From contig NC_090399.1 of NCBI RefSeq assembly GCF_036365525.1, positions 11,593,558 through 11,657,557 of the forward strand: a stretch of 64,000 nucleotides of DNA. Direction: 5' to 3'. This DNA is from Heterodontus francisci (taxonomy: Eukaryota). This document shows, one piece after another, positions 23,300 to 37,089 of this stretch. Position numbers and translations under genes: made by a program. Under the pieces are notes generated by a model. That model was not told the origin of the DNA. It searched no databases and saw only the letters and a program-made list of their open reading frames with translations. Numbering within the stretch: position 1 is the first letter of the stretch; every line of letters begins with the position of its first letter.

Positions 23300-23530
23300 T
23301 TTCCAATCACCCAATTCTCTCTCTCATATTCTCAATCTCTTGATCCTTTCACAGATTCCTAATCGCCTGATGCTCTCTGTCAGATTCCCAGTCTCCTGAT
23401 CCTCTCTCTCATATTCCCAGTCTCCTGATCCTCTCTCTCAGATTCCCAGTCTCATGATCCTCTCTCTCAGATTCCCAGTCTCCTGATCCTCTCTCTCAGA
23501 TTCCCAATCTACTGATCCCCTTTCTCAGAG
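23300..23530. repeat. 29-bp minisatellite (GATCCTCTCTCTCAGATTCCCAGTCTCAT)n; paralogues at about 41105-41330 and 57700-57925
   Basis: Period 29 (gat at 23398 and 23427). Confidence 0.9.
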
Positions 23531-23769
23531 TGCTTGTCACAGATTGGTCGTAAACTGAGTGCATCATAAACAGAATGTAAAAGTTGGGAATTCAACGAGA
23601 ATGGGAATTTGGTGTATAATGGGAAGGTGATGCTGCTTTCTGCCTCCAATACTTTGAATGGTTCATGTAACTGGTAAATATTTAGTTTCATTTCCTTGTG
23701 CCTTAAACTAGTTCAAGTAATTAGTTACAGCACTAAAATCTATGAGCTGAATGAAGTAAATAAATAAAC

Positions 23770-26700
23770 AAGGCTATATTGGGATGGCAGTGCAGGTAGT
23801 GTGGCTGCAATTGCAGCACATGGTAGTTATGGGGAGAGCATTGTGATCCTGGACAACCACATCTGCGTGAAGTGTCTGAATCTTGAGGAAATTCCCCTCA
23901 GAGATATTGACATTGTGGGGCATCAAGCAGGGAGAGAGTTACCTGGACTCTTTTATTCAGGAGGCAGTAACACCGCCTACGTTACATGCTGGTACAGGTC
24001 TGGTTAGTGGTCAGGAACAGAAGGGCGTGACTGTGAGTCAGGCAGGTAATGGGAGCCCAAGTGTACTCAGCCTTTGTCCTTGTCCAACATGTATGAGGTT
24101 CTTGCTGCCTTTGTGGATGAGGACAAAGTTTGCAGGATGGATGTGCAAACTGACCACAGCACCATGATACAGGGGTTGATTCAATTAGAGGGAGTAAAAA
24201 GGAATGTGTTAGCTAACGGAATAGTGAGGGAAATAGATACTGTTCGCTGCAGCTGTGACTGGGAGTTCCAAAGATTGTATTTCCTGCCTGGTTCCAGGGT
24301 TAAAGATCTTGCAGCTGGAGCAGAATGGAGTGGGAGAGGGAGGGGAAGGATCACGTTTGTTATGGTCCATGTAGGAACCAAAGACATAGGTAGAATTAAG
24401 GCACAGATTATGAAATGAAACCTCAAGGTTATGTCATGATCCTGTCTTTTTTTCCTCTCTGGGAAATATGTGGTGTCTCTTTCAGACAATAAATGATCAG
24501 TCCTGCTTTAAGAACCACCAGGCCTCAGGAGTTACCAATCAGGTACATTCTCGTTGCCTTGGATACAGCCACAAGGACTGAGAGCATGGAGAGATTCATT
24601 TGTTACAATTTAATTTTGAACTGGCTTATAGTGCAAACAGTCTGTTCCAACAGGAGACACAGACAGACAGCTGTGTGTTAGCACCTGAAAGAAGTGTTCT
24701 CAGTTCAATTAAAGTGAAGGAAGAAAATATAGTCTCTTTATTCTTTATTCTCTCTCAAAATTAAAACAAAGTCACGCCAAAACAGAGATCTCTGATAATT
24801 TAAACTGAAGGAAGGGAAGTGAGACTGTGACAATATTTTATCCCTCAAAATACTCTAAAGTCAGATTGATTCTATTGAAAGTGTTTGCAAGTTGTTAATC
24901 CTTGAAATCTATCACTGAAGAAGGAAAGCATCACTTACTGCTGGAATTAGACTACAGATTGTTCTGCTGTTGAAGAACGTTTTTTCCAATTGGACGGCTG
25001 TGAGGACTTCAAGCAACAGTGGACTGTAAATTTGCAAGGACTCTAATTTTTTTTTAATGTTGTTTATATCTTAGTAGTGTTTAAGATTTTAGTTTATCGA
25101 ATTAAAGAGTTAATTTGTTGATTTAAAGACACCTGGTTTGGTTAGCCTCATTTGGGGGTTAATAGATGGTATAATTAGTCTGGGTCTTTTTTTAATTTGA
25201 AATGTTGAATATGATATGTTAGGCAATCTGTGGAGGAACGAGATAGAATTAACAGTGCTTTTCTCCCACCGCTAACAGAATCGTATATTTTGATTGGGGG
25301 CTTTGACTGGAGCGGTCGGTCGTAACATATTAGTTGGGGGCTCACTCGAGATTTGAATCATATATTAATTGGGTTGCTGACTTTGAATCATATCTTGAAG
25401 TGGTCGGTCGTAACAGGTAATAATCTCTGTATTAATACCTAAGTCATGAGCCAATTCGAATAGGGTCAAACAGGTTAGAGGGTTGAATGCCTGTCTCGAC
25501 AAGGGATTTGATTTAAGGGGCATTAGTGCCAGTACAGGGGAAAGAGGAAGCAGTTCTGTTGGGACGGGCTCCCTTAAACCAGGCAGTATCCTGGCAAATC
25601 ATTTAAATAGGGCTGCAGCTAGGGCTTTAAACTGAAAATGCGGGGAAGGACCAAGTGAGGGGAAATTTATAAATCTAAAGAGAAAAGTCAAGGTGACAGA
25701 GCAGTGTGGTGCTTTGGGTAAAAGTAAGCAGAATGTGACAGGAAGGGACAAAAGTACGAGCGAAAATCATGCATCAATGTGTAAGGTCAAATTAGGGAAA
25801 AATGGTGCAAATGAAAATCAAACGCACTTTATCCAAATGCACAAAATACTTTTAACATGAATTAATGGCGCAAATAGACATCATTGGGTTTGATGTTATA
25901 CCCTTTACAGAGATGTGTTGTATGGTGACCAAGGAAGGGAACTAAATCTTGCACGGTACCTGATCTTTCAAAAAGGTAAACAAAATAGAAAAGCAAAATA
26001 GTGCAGAGTAGCCCTGTTAATAAAGCATGGTCTAAGGACAATAGTGAGGAAGAATCTTGGCTTAGAATAGGAGAATGCAGTATCGGAATTGGTGAAGATA
26101 ATAAATGACAAGCATCTGAAAATTAAGATGGGAATAATTTTTAGGTCCTCCAACAGTAGATATACTGTTGGGCACAATATTAATCAAGAAATATGAGGAC
26201 TTCGTAACAAAGGCAATGCAATAATCATGGGGCATGTAAATCTTCATATTGACTGCACAATCAAATTGACAAAAATAGTTTGAAGGAAGATTACAGAGAA
26301 TGCTTTCAAGACCAAAGCAGGAAAGAGGTTATTTTAGATATTGTTTTGAAGAATGAGAATGGTTAATTAATAATCTCATAGGAGGGGATAATGTGGGGAA
26401 GAGTGATAATAACATGATAGAACTTCACCTTGATTTTGTGAGTGACGTACATAAGACTGAAATTAAGATATTGAACATATTTAAAGCCAATTAAATAAGA
26501 ACGAGGGGTGTTGGCTAATGTATATTAGGAAACTGGAATGAAATGTGTAATGGTAGATGAACAATCGTGAATATTTCAAGAAATATTTCATAAGTCTCAA
26601 CACTTCTACATTCCATTCAGAAATAAAACTTCCATGGGAATATTGATCAACTAACGGCTAAATAACGAGGTTAAGGATAATATTAGATTAAAGAAGAGGC

Positions 26701-29325
26701 TTATAATATTGTCAAGACATGGAGTAAGCCTGAGGATTGGAAGAGTTTAAGATGCCAGCAACAGGCAATCAAAATCTTGATGAAGAGTGAGAAAGTAGAA
26801 GATGACTAGCCAGAAATATAAAACCAAATTGTCAGAGCTTCTACTTCATGTAAGAAGGAAGAGAATAGCGAAAGTAAATGTGGGCCCCTTAGAGGCTGAG
26901 ACAGGAGAAATTATAATGGGGGGCAAGAAAATGGCAGAGACGTTAAATAAATAATTTGGGCCCTTCTTGACAGTGAAAGATCCAAAAAAAATCAGACATA
27001 GTGGGGAACCAAATGTCTAATGAGAAGACAGAAATTAAAGTAATCAGTATTAGTAAAGAAAAAGTACTGGAGAAATTAATGGGACTGAAAGTCAACAAAT
27101 CCCAGGACCTGACAGCTTACATCCTAGTTCTAAATGAGGTGACTGCAGAGATAGTGGACTGATTGTGTTGGCACTGCTTGTGATCGCATCCAGAATTCCT
27201 TAAATTCTGTAACGTTCCCAGCAGATGGAAAGGTAGCAAATGTAACATCACTATTTAAAAGAAAGGAGGGAGAGAGGAAATAGGGAACTACAGGCCTGTT
27301 AGCCCAACATCAGTCGTCAGGAAACTGTTGGAATCTATTATTAGGGAAGTGGTAACAGAAAATCATAATACAATTAGACAGTGTCAACAATGTTTCATGA
27401 AAGGGAAATAGTGTTTGAAAAATCTGTTCGATATTTTTGACGATGCAACTAGTAAGGCAGCTAAGGGAGAACCAGTGGATGTAGTTAGATTATCAACAGG
27501 TAATTGGATAAGGTGCCACATGAAATGATCTTGTACACGGTAAGGTGTCTTGGTATTGGGGGGTAATATTTTAGGAGGGATGGAGGATCAGTGAAAGGAC
27601 AATAAACAGAGTCAGAATAAACTGGTTATTTTCACGTTGGTGGCGTGCTACTCGTGGAGTGCCACAAACCAGGAAAACCAGTTAACAATACAATACACCC
27701 GTTAGTCACAAGTACATTACCGAGAGTTATACGTATGCAGTGAGCGATCGCCTCCCATTGATCATTCTCTTCAGCAACTAGCCAAGTTTCTTGACTTAAG
27801 CACCAACTCACTAGTTACAATGATTTTTATACCTTTCTTTCGAAGGTGGGTGTGTCATTTCATTAATAACATCATACTGTACTGTCAAAGCCCATCTTCA
27901 GACCATGAGGCATCTAATTCTTTGTTTAAACTACAATATCAGAAACTTCCTTGATGATGTGTATATGTTTTCACCTTCCGTCAGTAATTTCATCACCCCT
28001 CATGGATGTTGCAGAAGCCTTCAAGATCTTTATTAATAAACACAATAGCAGCTTCTTTTCCTGGTCAGAAACACATTTTAAAATCAAACAAATCAAATCA
28101 GACAATTAAACAATCCAAGTCCCTTAAATGACTGACTTCTTACAAACTGCTGCTTGGAGAATTTCTACTTTCTCTGCATTTCAAAAGAAGACAATCTCTG
28201 ATGTCATCAACCAATGCCAATTTGTGTCACTCTTGCAGCTTTTCAAAACACTTTGGACCACTTTGGCAGCTGAATTAGCATTTTAAAATGATGTGAAGTC
28301 TTTTATTTCATCTTTTCAGACAACATGTCCCCCATGACCTCCATGTTTTTGCATACGTGAAGATTCTCTAAAGCTCTAACTTAGCATCAAAGTGAAACAT
28401 AGCTTTGAAGTATGTCTGGTTATTGTTTGTGACTCGATTTTTCAATTTTCTGTTTTTTTTCTAAACATTCCACAGCCTTAAACTGTTTTTTCACCAGTGA
28501 TTATTTTTATCTGCAATGAAAACAGCTTGCGGCAGTTTACAGGTTACTTTAGCTCAAAAAGTGCTTTTGACCTTTGCAATGCATGCTGCTCAGATTCGGT
28601 CAGTATTTTATGCACCTGGAAGCAGCATAGCTTCCTGCATTTCATTTAAACACTCGATGTTCCTGGGTTGGATCGCCTTGCAATTCTCAACCACAAATTT
28701 CAATTAAAATAATATTACAGTGCCATTGCACAAAAAAGTTAAACGCAGCTACAACAATCAATTATGAAGGCAAATGGTATGTTTGCCTTTATTGCAAGGG
28801 GTTTGAAGTGCAAGAGTAATCTTGTTGCAATTATAGAGGGCTCTGGTGAGACAACCCCTGGTCTCTATACCTAAGGAAAGATATATGTGCCTTTGAGGCA
28901 ATACAGTGAAGTTTCACTAGATTGGTTCCTGGAATGAGAGAGCTGTCCTTTGTGGAGAGCTGAGAAGAATGACACATCATCTCATTGAAACATATGAGAT
29001 TCTGAGCAGTTGACAGGATAGTTGCTGGCTGGGGAATCGACAACTAGAAGGCATAATCTCGGGATAAGAGGTTTGACCATTTTGGACAAAGATGAGGAGG
29101 GTTGAGAATCTCGGAAATTCTCTGCCCCAGAGTGTCCTAAATTCTCAGGTGTTGACTGTATTCAAGGCTGCGATCCATTGATCTTTTTATCTCTAAGGGA
29201 ATAAAGAGGTACGGGAATTGAGTGGGAAAGTGATGTTGAAGCAGCGGATCAGTCATGATCTTACTGAGTGACAAAGCAGGCTCGAGGACTGGTAGGGCTT
29301 TCTGCTGCTCCTATTGCTTATGTTA
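23770..29325 (+). mobile_element. Old near-full-length CR1 LINE, interrupted by an LTR (24432-25415) and an unidentified segment (27665-28740); paralogues at 41575-47880 and from 58170
   Basis: ORF1 Cys motif HICVKC and esterase motif HVGTNDIG, then degenerate endonuclease/RT and a CR1 tail. Confidence 0.75.
24432..25415 (+). mobile_element. Collapsed LTR retroelement, unit 1: LTR 24432-25327, tRNA-Pro-like PBS 25335-25352, second LTR end at 25415
   Basis: TGTCATGA...TCGTAACA termini; PBS TGGGGGCTCACTCGAGAT; TSD GGTTA/GGTAA; splits CR1 ORF1. Confidence 0.75.
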
Positions 29326-29527
29326 TTCCCAATCTCCTGATCCTCTCTCAGATTCCCAATCCACCAGTCCTACCTCTGATTCCCAAAGTCCTGATCCTGT
29401 GTCTGATTTGCAGGCTGTAACCTGACAAAAAATTCCTCCCTCAACTGGAATCCTTTCCCTTGAAAAGCTCTAAATGCAAACCAATGTGCAGTAACGAGAA
29501 AGAAGCAATTCATGCTTTTAAAATAAT

Positions 29528-29613
29528 TTTATTAATTCTTGTCCATCATCTCAGCAGTAAATAATATAAATAATAAACAATATAAATACATAAATTCATA
29601 AATATATTTAAAT
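29528..29613 (-). promoter_or_regulatory. AU-rich element and polyadenylation signal, TNF copy 2
   Basis: Six dispersed AUUUA at 29558-29613; AATAAA at 29533-29528. Confidence 0.75.
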
Positions 29614-29815
29614 AATAACTTAAATCAATCTGGAACATCCAAATCTTGACAACAGAAAAACATCTTTATAAAAGATGATACATTTTTATGTAAAACACAG
29701 ATTTTGGTCAATGGACCAAATTAATAACCAACAGTCGAACTATGGAGACTGCAAGGCATGATGGGAATGTGACTTCACCATAGCAACCAATCAGGAAACA
29801 TTTGGACCAATGAAC

Positions 29816-29961
29816 ATTGAATTAAAAGTTACCTGGACGTGCACCTGAAGTGCTGGAACATGCAAAGCTACGGACTAGGTGATGGAAAGTGGGGTCAGTT
29901 TGGGCGGCTAGTTTTTTCAGCCTCCTTCAGTGCCGTAGATTGTCTATTGTTCTCTGGTTCT
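29816..29961 (+). mobile_element. CR1-type 3' tail inserted in the 3' UTR of copy 2 (also 48366-48512 in copy 3)
   Basis: 7-bp TSD AATGAAC (29809-29815 and 29962-29968); single empty site in copy 1 at 14825-14831. Confidence 0.8.
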
Positions 29962-31122
29962 AATGAACCTCAAATAAGAGCAGTTCATATTCGATTTAAA
30001 AAATAACCTGATAAAGTAGAAATGAACCAAAAATGGTTTCTTAAAATGATTAACTATCATAACTTTTTGGGTGCTTTTCATAGTGTTTGCACAATATTCC
30101 TTCCCCTTTTTAATTGGTTATGTATTGATCAATCACTGTCTAGAAAGTTAGCATCCTGCGAAAAGTTGACCAATCACATTGTAGTGGTGGAAAGCCAGTT
30201 GGCTGCTGGGAGATTGATTGGCCTTCATCACCCAACTGAGCATCGCCACTGAAGATCCAAGGACATATTAGAGATATATTATAACACAAATAGATGACAA
30301 GGCATAGGCCACATTCTTCAAGGACCAATAACAGGTCACACAGGCTAACCAGTCTGAATATCAGACTTGATAACCCACTTGTTAGCTCTTGGGATTGTCT
30401 AATTACTCTCTCCCTGAGGAGTACCAGTTTAAATAACATGAACAACATTAAATATCAATTAAATATAAAATAAATTAAAGGACCAGTTGCTGAGGGAGTT
30501 AACCTAAATGAGAAAATTAGCTTATTTAGAGCACAGCTATCGAAAATTCTCGCTTTGTACATTTATAACACAATTCATCTCATCAAACATGATGAATCGT
30601 GCACAGCAGTGAATCACCTGCACCTGCTCCCAGTGTTAAAGGTATGTGGGAGAACAGGAACGTCTTAGGGACAGGTGTAGGCCATTCAGCCCCTCCAGCC
30701 TATCTGGACTAACATGTTCCGTCTATCTGGCAGTTTAACAGTGGCTCGTGAATCCTGAGAGAGATGCATAATTCTTCAGACTTCACCTATTGCTCTCAAT
30801 ACAGGATTAAAGGAGCAGAGAGTGAATGAGGAGAGGCACAGACTCCCTCCGATCACTGACACTCTGGATTGTGCATCAATCTGATGTGGCAGAGCTGAAA
30901 GTGCAGTGTGATAACCCACCACACTACCCAATTCTAAAACACCAACACATTTGATAGTTTCTGTCTCTGCAAGTGTTTAAATAAAATGAAGGAGAAATGA
31001 GTCTCTTTGTCCAATTAGTGCAGGATAGGACAATGTGTCCTGAACAGTTTCCACTGTATTTCAATCTGAAATTCTGAATCAGTCATCATTACTGGCCAAT
31101 CGCTAGAAGTGACTCAGGTTCC

Positions 31123-33134
31123 TCACAAAGCAAATATTCCAAAGAAGCTCTTTCCTTGGGCAGTGTCTACATATCCCACCACCTCCTCACTAACCCTGGA
31201 GTAGATCTGATCTCCCTCCTCAAACTCAAATATGGCTCCCTGATAGGAGGTCTTGTACCAGGGCTCTCCGTGTTGGCGGGAATGACAGGCTGACTTGGTG
31301 GCTCTCAGTAGCAAGGCTTCCTCTGGGTAACTGGGTGAGAGCTTGGCGACCTCGTGGCTCAGATAGACAGTCTTGTCCTGACAGCCCCTGCTGTAGAAGA
31401 CCACCTGGGTGTAGACAAAGTACCGACCAGGGGTCTTGATGACGAGACTGTTGTCCGTGAACTCCACGCCCTCGGCAAAGGTGGAGTCCGCCTCATTCTG
31501 CCAAATCACATTCTTTCCTTTGCTGGTTGGTGAAGCTGAAGAGAGAAAGAGAGAGGGAGAAACTTAAGGATGGAATAAAGACAAAGCAACAATTTGCATT
31601 TATATAGTGCCTTTCACATCCTCAGGACATCCCAAAGCACTTTACATCCAATAAAGTACTTTTTGAAGTGTAGTCACTGTTGTAATGCAGGAAATGGGGC
31701 AACCAATTTCTCCCCTGCACTTCCCCAATAGGATTGTAGCTGTTTCTGTTCACAGATCTTAAATATTAAACAGTACAAGCTCGATACATGGGACACTGAA
31801 GGAAGCATTGCTAAATGTCCAAAAATCTGAGTGGAATTAACTGGCCTTGGCCAGACAATGAATAGATGGGATACATAAAGCAACACAACACAAAAGGGGG
31901 CCATTCAGCCCATTGTGACTGTGCTGTATCTTTGGGTGAACTATCCAATTAATCCTAATGCCCAATTCTTTCCCCAGCACCCTGTAATTTTCTGCTGTAC
32001 TACAGTGGGAGGGCCTCACTTCAGGATACGGGGTTATTAATAAGGTTAAGAATGTTCTGGTACCTGTCAGGTGAGCTGCGATTCTCCCCCTCGGGTCATT
32101 TCCCACCTGTTTCATGAGATGAGGGAGACCTGGAAAATGAAAAGGCAGATTCTCAGTTACTATTGTAACACACTCAGACCCAAAACTAACTGACAGAGAG
32201 AGTGAGAGATAGTGAGAGTGAGACAGAGTGAGAGAGAATGATGGAAAGGGAGAAATGGAGACCGAGAGATAGTGAGAGAAAATGATAGAGTGTGAGACTG
32301 ATACAGGCAGAAACATTTTCAGAGTGAGAGATTCTGAAAGAGATTGATATATAGGTGTGCAGACAGTTTGATACAAAGAAAGATACGGAGCCATATTGAT
32401 AGAGAATTCGACTGAGGGAACACTCACCACTGTTACTCGGGACTGTTGTCAGGGGAGAATGAATCTGCTCAGATTGTAATCTTACTTCCTGTAGAAATTA
32501 AACAAAGAAAGAGGTTAAGATGTGAAATTGACCCTGAATAATTCAACAGGAACATCTGTACAAACGTTCAGCCCAGATTATTTGCGTTGCACAGAGAGAC
32601 TGGGTGGGGAGGGGGAGATTCAGACTCTGATTCTCATCCTCCAGATTGACAACAGATAGTTTATCAGAAAACAAGTCTTGGCTAAAGCTGAATAATGTAC
32701 AGGATTGGTTATTAAATGGCTGCATGTTTCCAATCCAGGCCGTACTGAGGTGTTCAGAGAGAACAGTAAAACCCAACAGCCGCATTAACTGGGTGAACAC
32801 AGTTTACTGTTTCACTGCAAGGAGCAGTGAGGACAGACACTGAAATCACTTCACAGCTTTACACCACACTGAAAGCAGCCTCTCGGAGGAATGCAAGGAA
32901 CAAAGGAAAGGCAACAAGACGGAACTCGATCACTGTTTTTCAAATAAAATCACACACCTGGTTTGAAGGTAAAACTCCAAGCTGACAGAGTAATAGGTAG
33001 GAAGACACAGCCAGCAAACCCAGCACAGCCACTGCACAGAGAGACCGCCAGAAACAGCTTCTCTTCGGCTCTGACTGCCTGAGTGTAACCATTCCTCCAG
33101 TCTCAAGGTCCAGCAACTTGTTCTCACAACTCAT
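31123..33134 (-). CDS. TNF: TNF-alpha-like cytokine, copy 2; exons 33134-32958, 32488-32428, 32129-32064, 31535-31123; 238 aa
   Basis: Same exon sizes and splice sites as copy 1 at a constant +15131 offset; frame open and splice sites intact. Confidence 0.9.
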
Positions 33135-33241
33135 GGTGTTAGATGTCAGTCGGAACTTTGTTAGTAGCAGCCTTGTGTCTGACCCAGCGACTCTCACTCT
33201 CAGTTCTCTGAGTGCTTTGTGATTGCTGCAGCTTCACGGCA

Positions 33242-33330
33242 GCTCTTTATAAAGAGCAGAGTCACATCACTGGTAAGTGTGATGCAATGGAGTAGGAAAT
33301 ACCCAACCGAAAGCAGCAACGATTGGAAAA
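33242..33330 (-). promoter_or_regulatory. Proximal promoter of TNF copy 2
   Basis: Same motifs as copy 1 (palindromic TATA 33242-33257). Confidence 0.7.
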
Positions 33331-35406
33331 CGGCAACTTCTCCCGAGACCAATGTGAGAATGATGTGAGACTGGATCTGTTCAACTTTCACTGATCATAG
33401 AAATAATTCGGCAGTTTCACCAATGCTGGGGAAACTTTAACAAAACTAAAGTGGGCATTGTACATTGTCCCATGTTGTAAATGTATCCACAATGAGAGAG
33501 AAAATATAGAGAAAGATAACGTTTTTACAAATGTACGGAGAGAGTGACTCGGGGATACTCTAATCGACATTAAAGAAATGGTAGACTTGTTAAATAAGGG
33601 AGGTAGTTGTTGGATTAATGTAAGTAAAAAATAACGGACAAATTAATGAGACTGAAGATCGAGAAGTTTCCAGGACCTGATGCCTTTCACCACAGAAAAA
33701 GTCGATAGAAAGATATGAAGAGAGAAAAAATAAATTACTGAGGATCTTACATTTATATAAGAAAGATGCAACCAATTCACACTCAGAAGATCCCACAAAC
33801 AGCAATGATTTAAATAACCAGACAATCTGTTTTGGTGATTTTGGTTGAGGGATGTACATTGGAAAGGATACAGGTTCACAAGGGATATATTGGCCTTGGA
33901 GGGTTGCAGCACAGATTCACTAGAATTACACCAGCGCTACGTGGGTTAAATTACAAGGCGAGGTTGTATAAACTTGTCTTGTGTTCCCTTGAGTATATGA
34001 GATTGAGGGGTTAAGGTGGTTAAAATGTTAAAGGATTTGATCGAGTAGATGTGTGGAAACTATATACTGTGTTGGATGATCCAAGGATAAGTGAACATAA
34101 TCTTAATGTTCGAGCAAGACCATGTTGAACGAATTTCAGGAAGTGCTTTTTCACACAAAAGTTTGTAGAAATCTTGGACTCTCTCTCGCCAAATGATAGC
34201 GAATGTTGGGCCATAATTGGAGTGTTCAAGATTGAGATGGACAGATGTTTGTTCGGTCAGAGTATCAAGGGATATGGAGCAAAGGCTGGTGGATCGAGGT
34301 GAGATACAGATCTGCTATGAGTTAAATGAATGTTGGAACAGGCTGGAAGGTGGAACAGGCTTGAGGGGCTGAATGGCCCCACGCTGTTCATTTGTTCCTC
34401 TGCTCCAGATGACTTTGACCAGGCAGTGTTACTCTGCAGCTAACCTGTGTTACACTTGATGTGGAATAGTACTAAGCTGGCTTAAATGGGCAAGTGTCAG
34501 GAGGACTTGATCTACATTTAACACACCGAGTACTTTCCTGGGATTTGGAAAGAGTTTCCAATCCAACGATGGCCTGATTCATGTCAATAAATGTATATTT
34601 CCATTAACCATCACTCCCTTCCCCAACATCAATGTTCTTTAATCTACCTTCTAGAAATAGGGAACTACATTATTGTCAAAGCCCCTTTGTCTTTTTACAT
34701 GGTAATTCTTTCCCAGAAAGGGAAGGTGTTGTTATGAAGCCGAACACATTCGTCATGTTAATCTTACAGAGAAACTATATTTACTTGGTGGCGGAATCCA
34801 GAAGAAGGGAACATCATTTGAAATTAAAGCCAGGAGTGTAATTGGGAAGCAGTTCTTCACACAAAATGTAGTTTATATATTTATATCGCTGGAGAAGCAG
34901 TTCAATGTCGAGGTTTACAATCCATTCAACTTCTTTAGCTGATGCAGTGTGAATGGTTGTGATGCCATCAGGAATGGATCTCTCAGGGCGAGAGTTCAAG
35001 ATGTGGGTGATGGTCTGACCTGGACGGTCACAGTCACAATTTGAGCTGGTCCTCAGGATCCACTTATGGAGCAAGGAGCCACATCTTCTCTGGTCCATCC
35101 TCAAGTGGTTGATGATTCTCCAGACTATCCATGGGAGGTTGGAATCTGAGGCTTCACCACTCGGGTCAGTTACCAGGTTGCGATTGGTGATGTCAGCAGT
35201 CAACCAGGAGGTGTGCCATCAAGAGATAGGGCTGTTGTCGGTTTGCAGTGTGTGGAGTGCGTTACAGTAGGGGATATGTGAATTCTGGCGAATGCATGGG
35301 TTGTTTTGAGGTCCTTTATCAATGGAGTGTGTAGTGGAAATCTGGAACTCTCTTCCTCAAAAGGCTGAGGATGTTGTGTCAATTGAAACTTTCAAAAGTG
35401 TGGTTG

Positions 35407-35745
35407 GGAGGCACAGTGGCACAATGGTTAGCACCGCAGCCTCCCAGCTCCAGCGACCTGGGTTCAGTTCTGGGTATTGCTTGTGCGGAGTTTGCACGTT
35501 CTCCCTTTGTCTGCGTGGGTTTCCGCCGGGTGCTCCGGTTTCCTCCCACCTCCGAAGACTTGCAGGTTGGTAGGTAAATTGGCCATTGTAAATTGCCCCT
35601 AGTGTAGGTAGGTGGTAGGAGAATGGTGGGGATGTGGTGGAGAATATGGGATTAATGTAGGATTAGTATAAATGGGTGGTTGTTGGTCGGCACAGACTCG
35701 GTGGGCCGAAGGACCTGTTTCAGTGTTGTATTTCAAAATAAATAG
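35407..35745 (+). mobile_element. V-SINE, private to unit 2
   Basis: A-box tggcacaatggtt, B-box-like ggttcagttc, V-domain; absent at the paralogous sites near 20175 and 54100. Confidence 0.88.
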
Positions 35746-35899
35746 ATACATTTTTCAGCATTTATCAAGGGATACGGAGAAAATGTGGGTAAATGGAGTT
35801 GATACAGATCAGCTATGATTTAATTAAATGGTGAAACTACTTTGATGGGCTGAATGGCCTTTTCCTGTTCCTGTGTGATGCATGGTAAACTCCTCATTG

Positions 35900-36905
35900 T
35901 TCCAGTATGTTCCAGCTGTCAATGATTTCATTGTCTTCTATGGGTCCTCTCATTAGTGAACAGTCTGATGTGAGATTGGTATGGACGCCCAGAGAACTGC
36001 CAGTTCATAGTGTCATTGTTACACTTGAGGGAACTTCTGCAGCTGCACCACCTCTGACCTTTCTCTGGGCATGTCAGAGGATCCAAGTTTGGCGTAGATG
36101 GTCCCTGAAATACGCTGAACCAGATTTCAGTGCTTGCCCATGTGATCGGTCAGCTGCAGTTTTTTCCCAAGTGTGGTGGATTGCAATGCAGAATTTTGTG
36201 AGCCTTTGTAAGGATGTTCTTATATCATTTATAATGACAACCTTGATGGTGTTTGCCCTGAGACAGTTCCCAGAGAAGATCTGCTTTGGGATTCTGGAAC
36301 CATCCATGTGGGAGACATGGCCTTGCCATATGAGTTGAATATTCTAGAGGGTGGTCTCAATTCTGTTGAGCCAAGCACGATGGAGGATCTCCTAGTTTGT
36401 GATTTTGTTCTGGTGTCAAATTCTCACGATGGTTTCAGGTGTTTTTGGTGTAAGCATTCCAGAGCTTTGATGTGGCTCCTATAGCAGACCCAGGATTCTG
36501 CTCAATACAGCAGAGTGGTGAGGACAATGGCCTTGTAGAGATTGATTTCAATTCAGCTTAAAGCCTTGTTGCCGCCAGACATGATCATGGAGTTGGCCCG
36601 AGGGAGAACTTGCTTTCTGGATGTGTGCACCGATATCTTCATCACTAGTGACATCCCTAGAGAGCACACGACCAAGGTATGAGTTGTGCCATCAATGGTT
36701 ATCTCTGCTGCTTCATAGTGTGTGCCAGTTGCTGGCTGAAACATAACCTCATTCTTGGAGACATTGTTTTGAACACCAAAGTTTTTGGCAGCACTTGAGA
36801 ATTTGTTTGCCATAGTCTGGATGTCTTCCTTGTTGTGGGCAGCTAGGGAACAGTCACCTGCATACTGAAACTCTCGGATTCCTGCCTCTGTGACTTTAGT
36901 GGAAG
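35900..36905 (-). mobile_element. RTE-clade LINE fragment, unit 2
   Basis: Paralogous to 20310-21320. Confidence 0.75.
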
Positions 36906-37089
36906 CAGTTAAAATCAGGAATGCTCAAGACAACAGAATTAGAGGAGGACAGAGATCTCGATGGTGGTCGGGCTGGAGGAGATTACAGTGTTTGGGAGGG
37001 AAGAGGCCATGGAGGGATTTGAAAACAAGGATGAGAATTTTATAACAAGGCATTGATTATATTACAGCCAATGTATGTTGGCGAGCACA

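Larger units (their letters stand above)
14380..29440. repeat. Tandem segmental duplication unit 1 (about 15.1 kb; TNF copy 1 plus upstream spacer)
   Basis: Colinear with 29441-47998 and 47999-60913; homology starts at ctggaa...aaaagctctaaa (about 14383 vs 29445 vs 48003). Confidence 0.9.

Noticed and set aside
23801-24418. Short ORFs repeated in all three units as a possible second host gene
   Set aside because: They are frameshifted remnants of CR1 ORF1 (zinc finger and esterase), repeated only because the unit was duplicated.
35407-35480. tRNA gene
   Set aside because: It is the tRNA-derived head of a V-SINE, followed by the V-domain and LINE tail.
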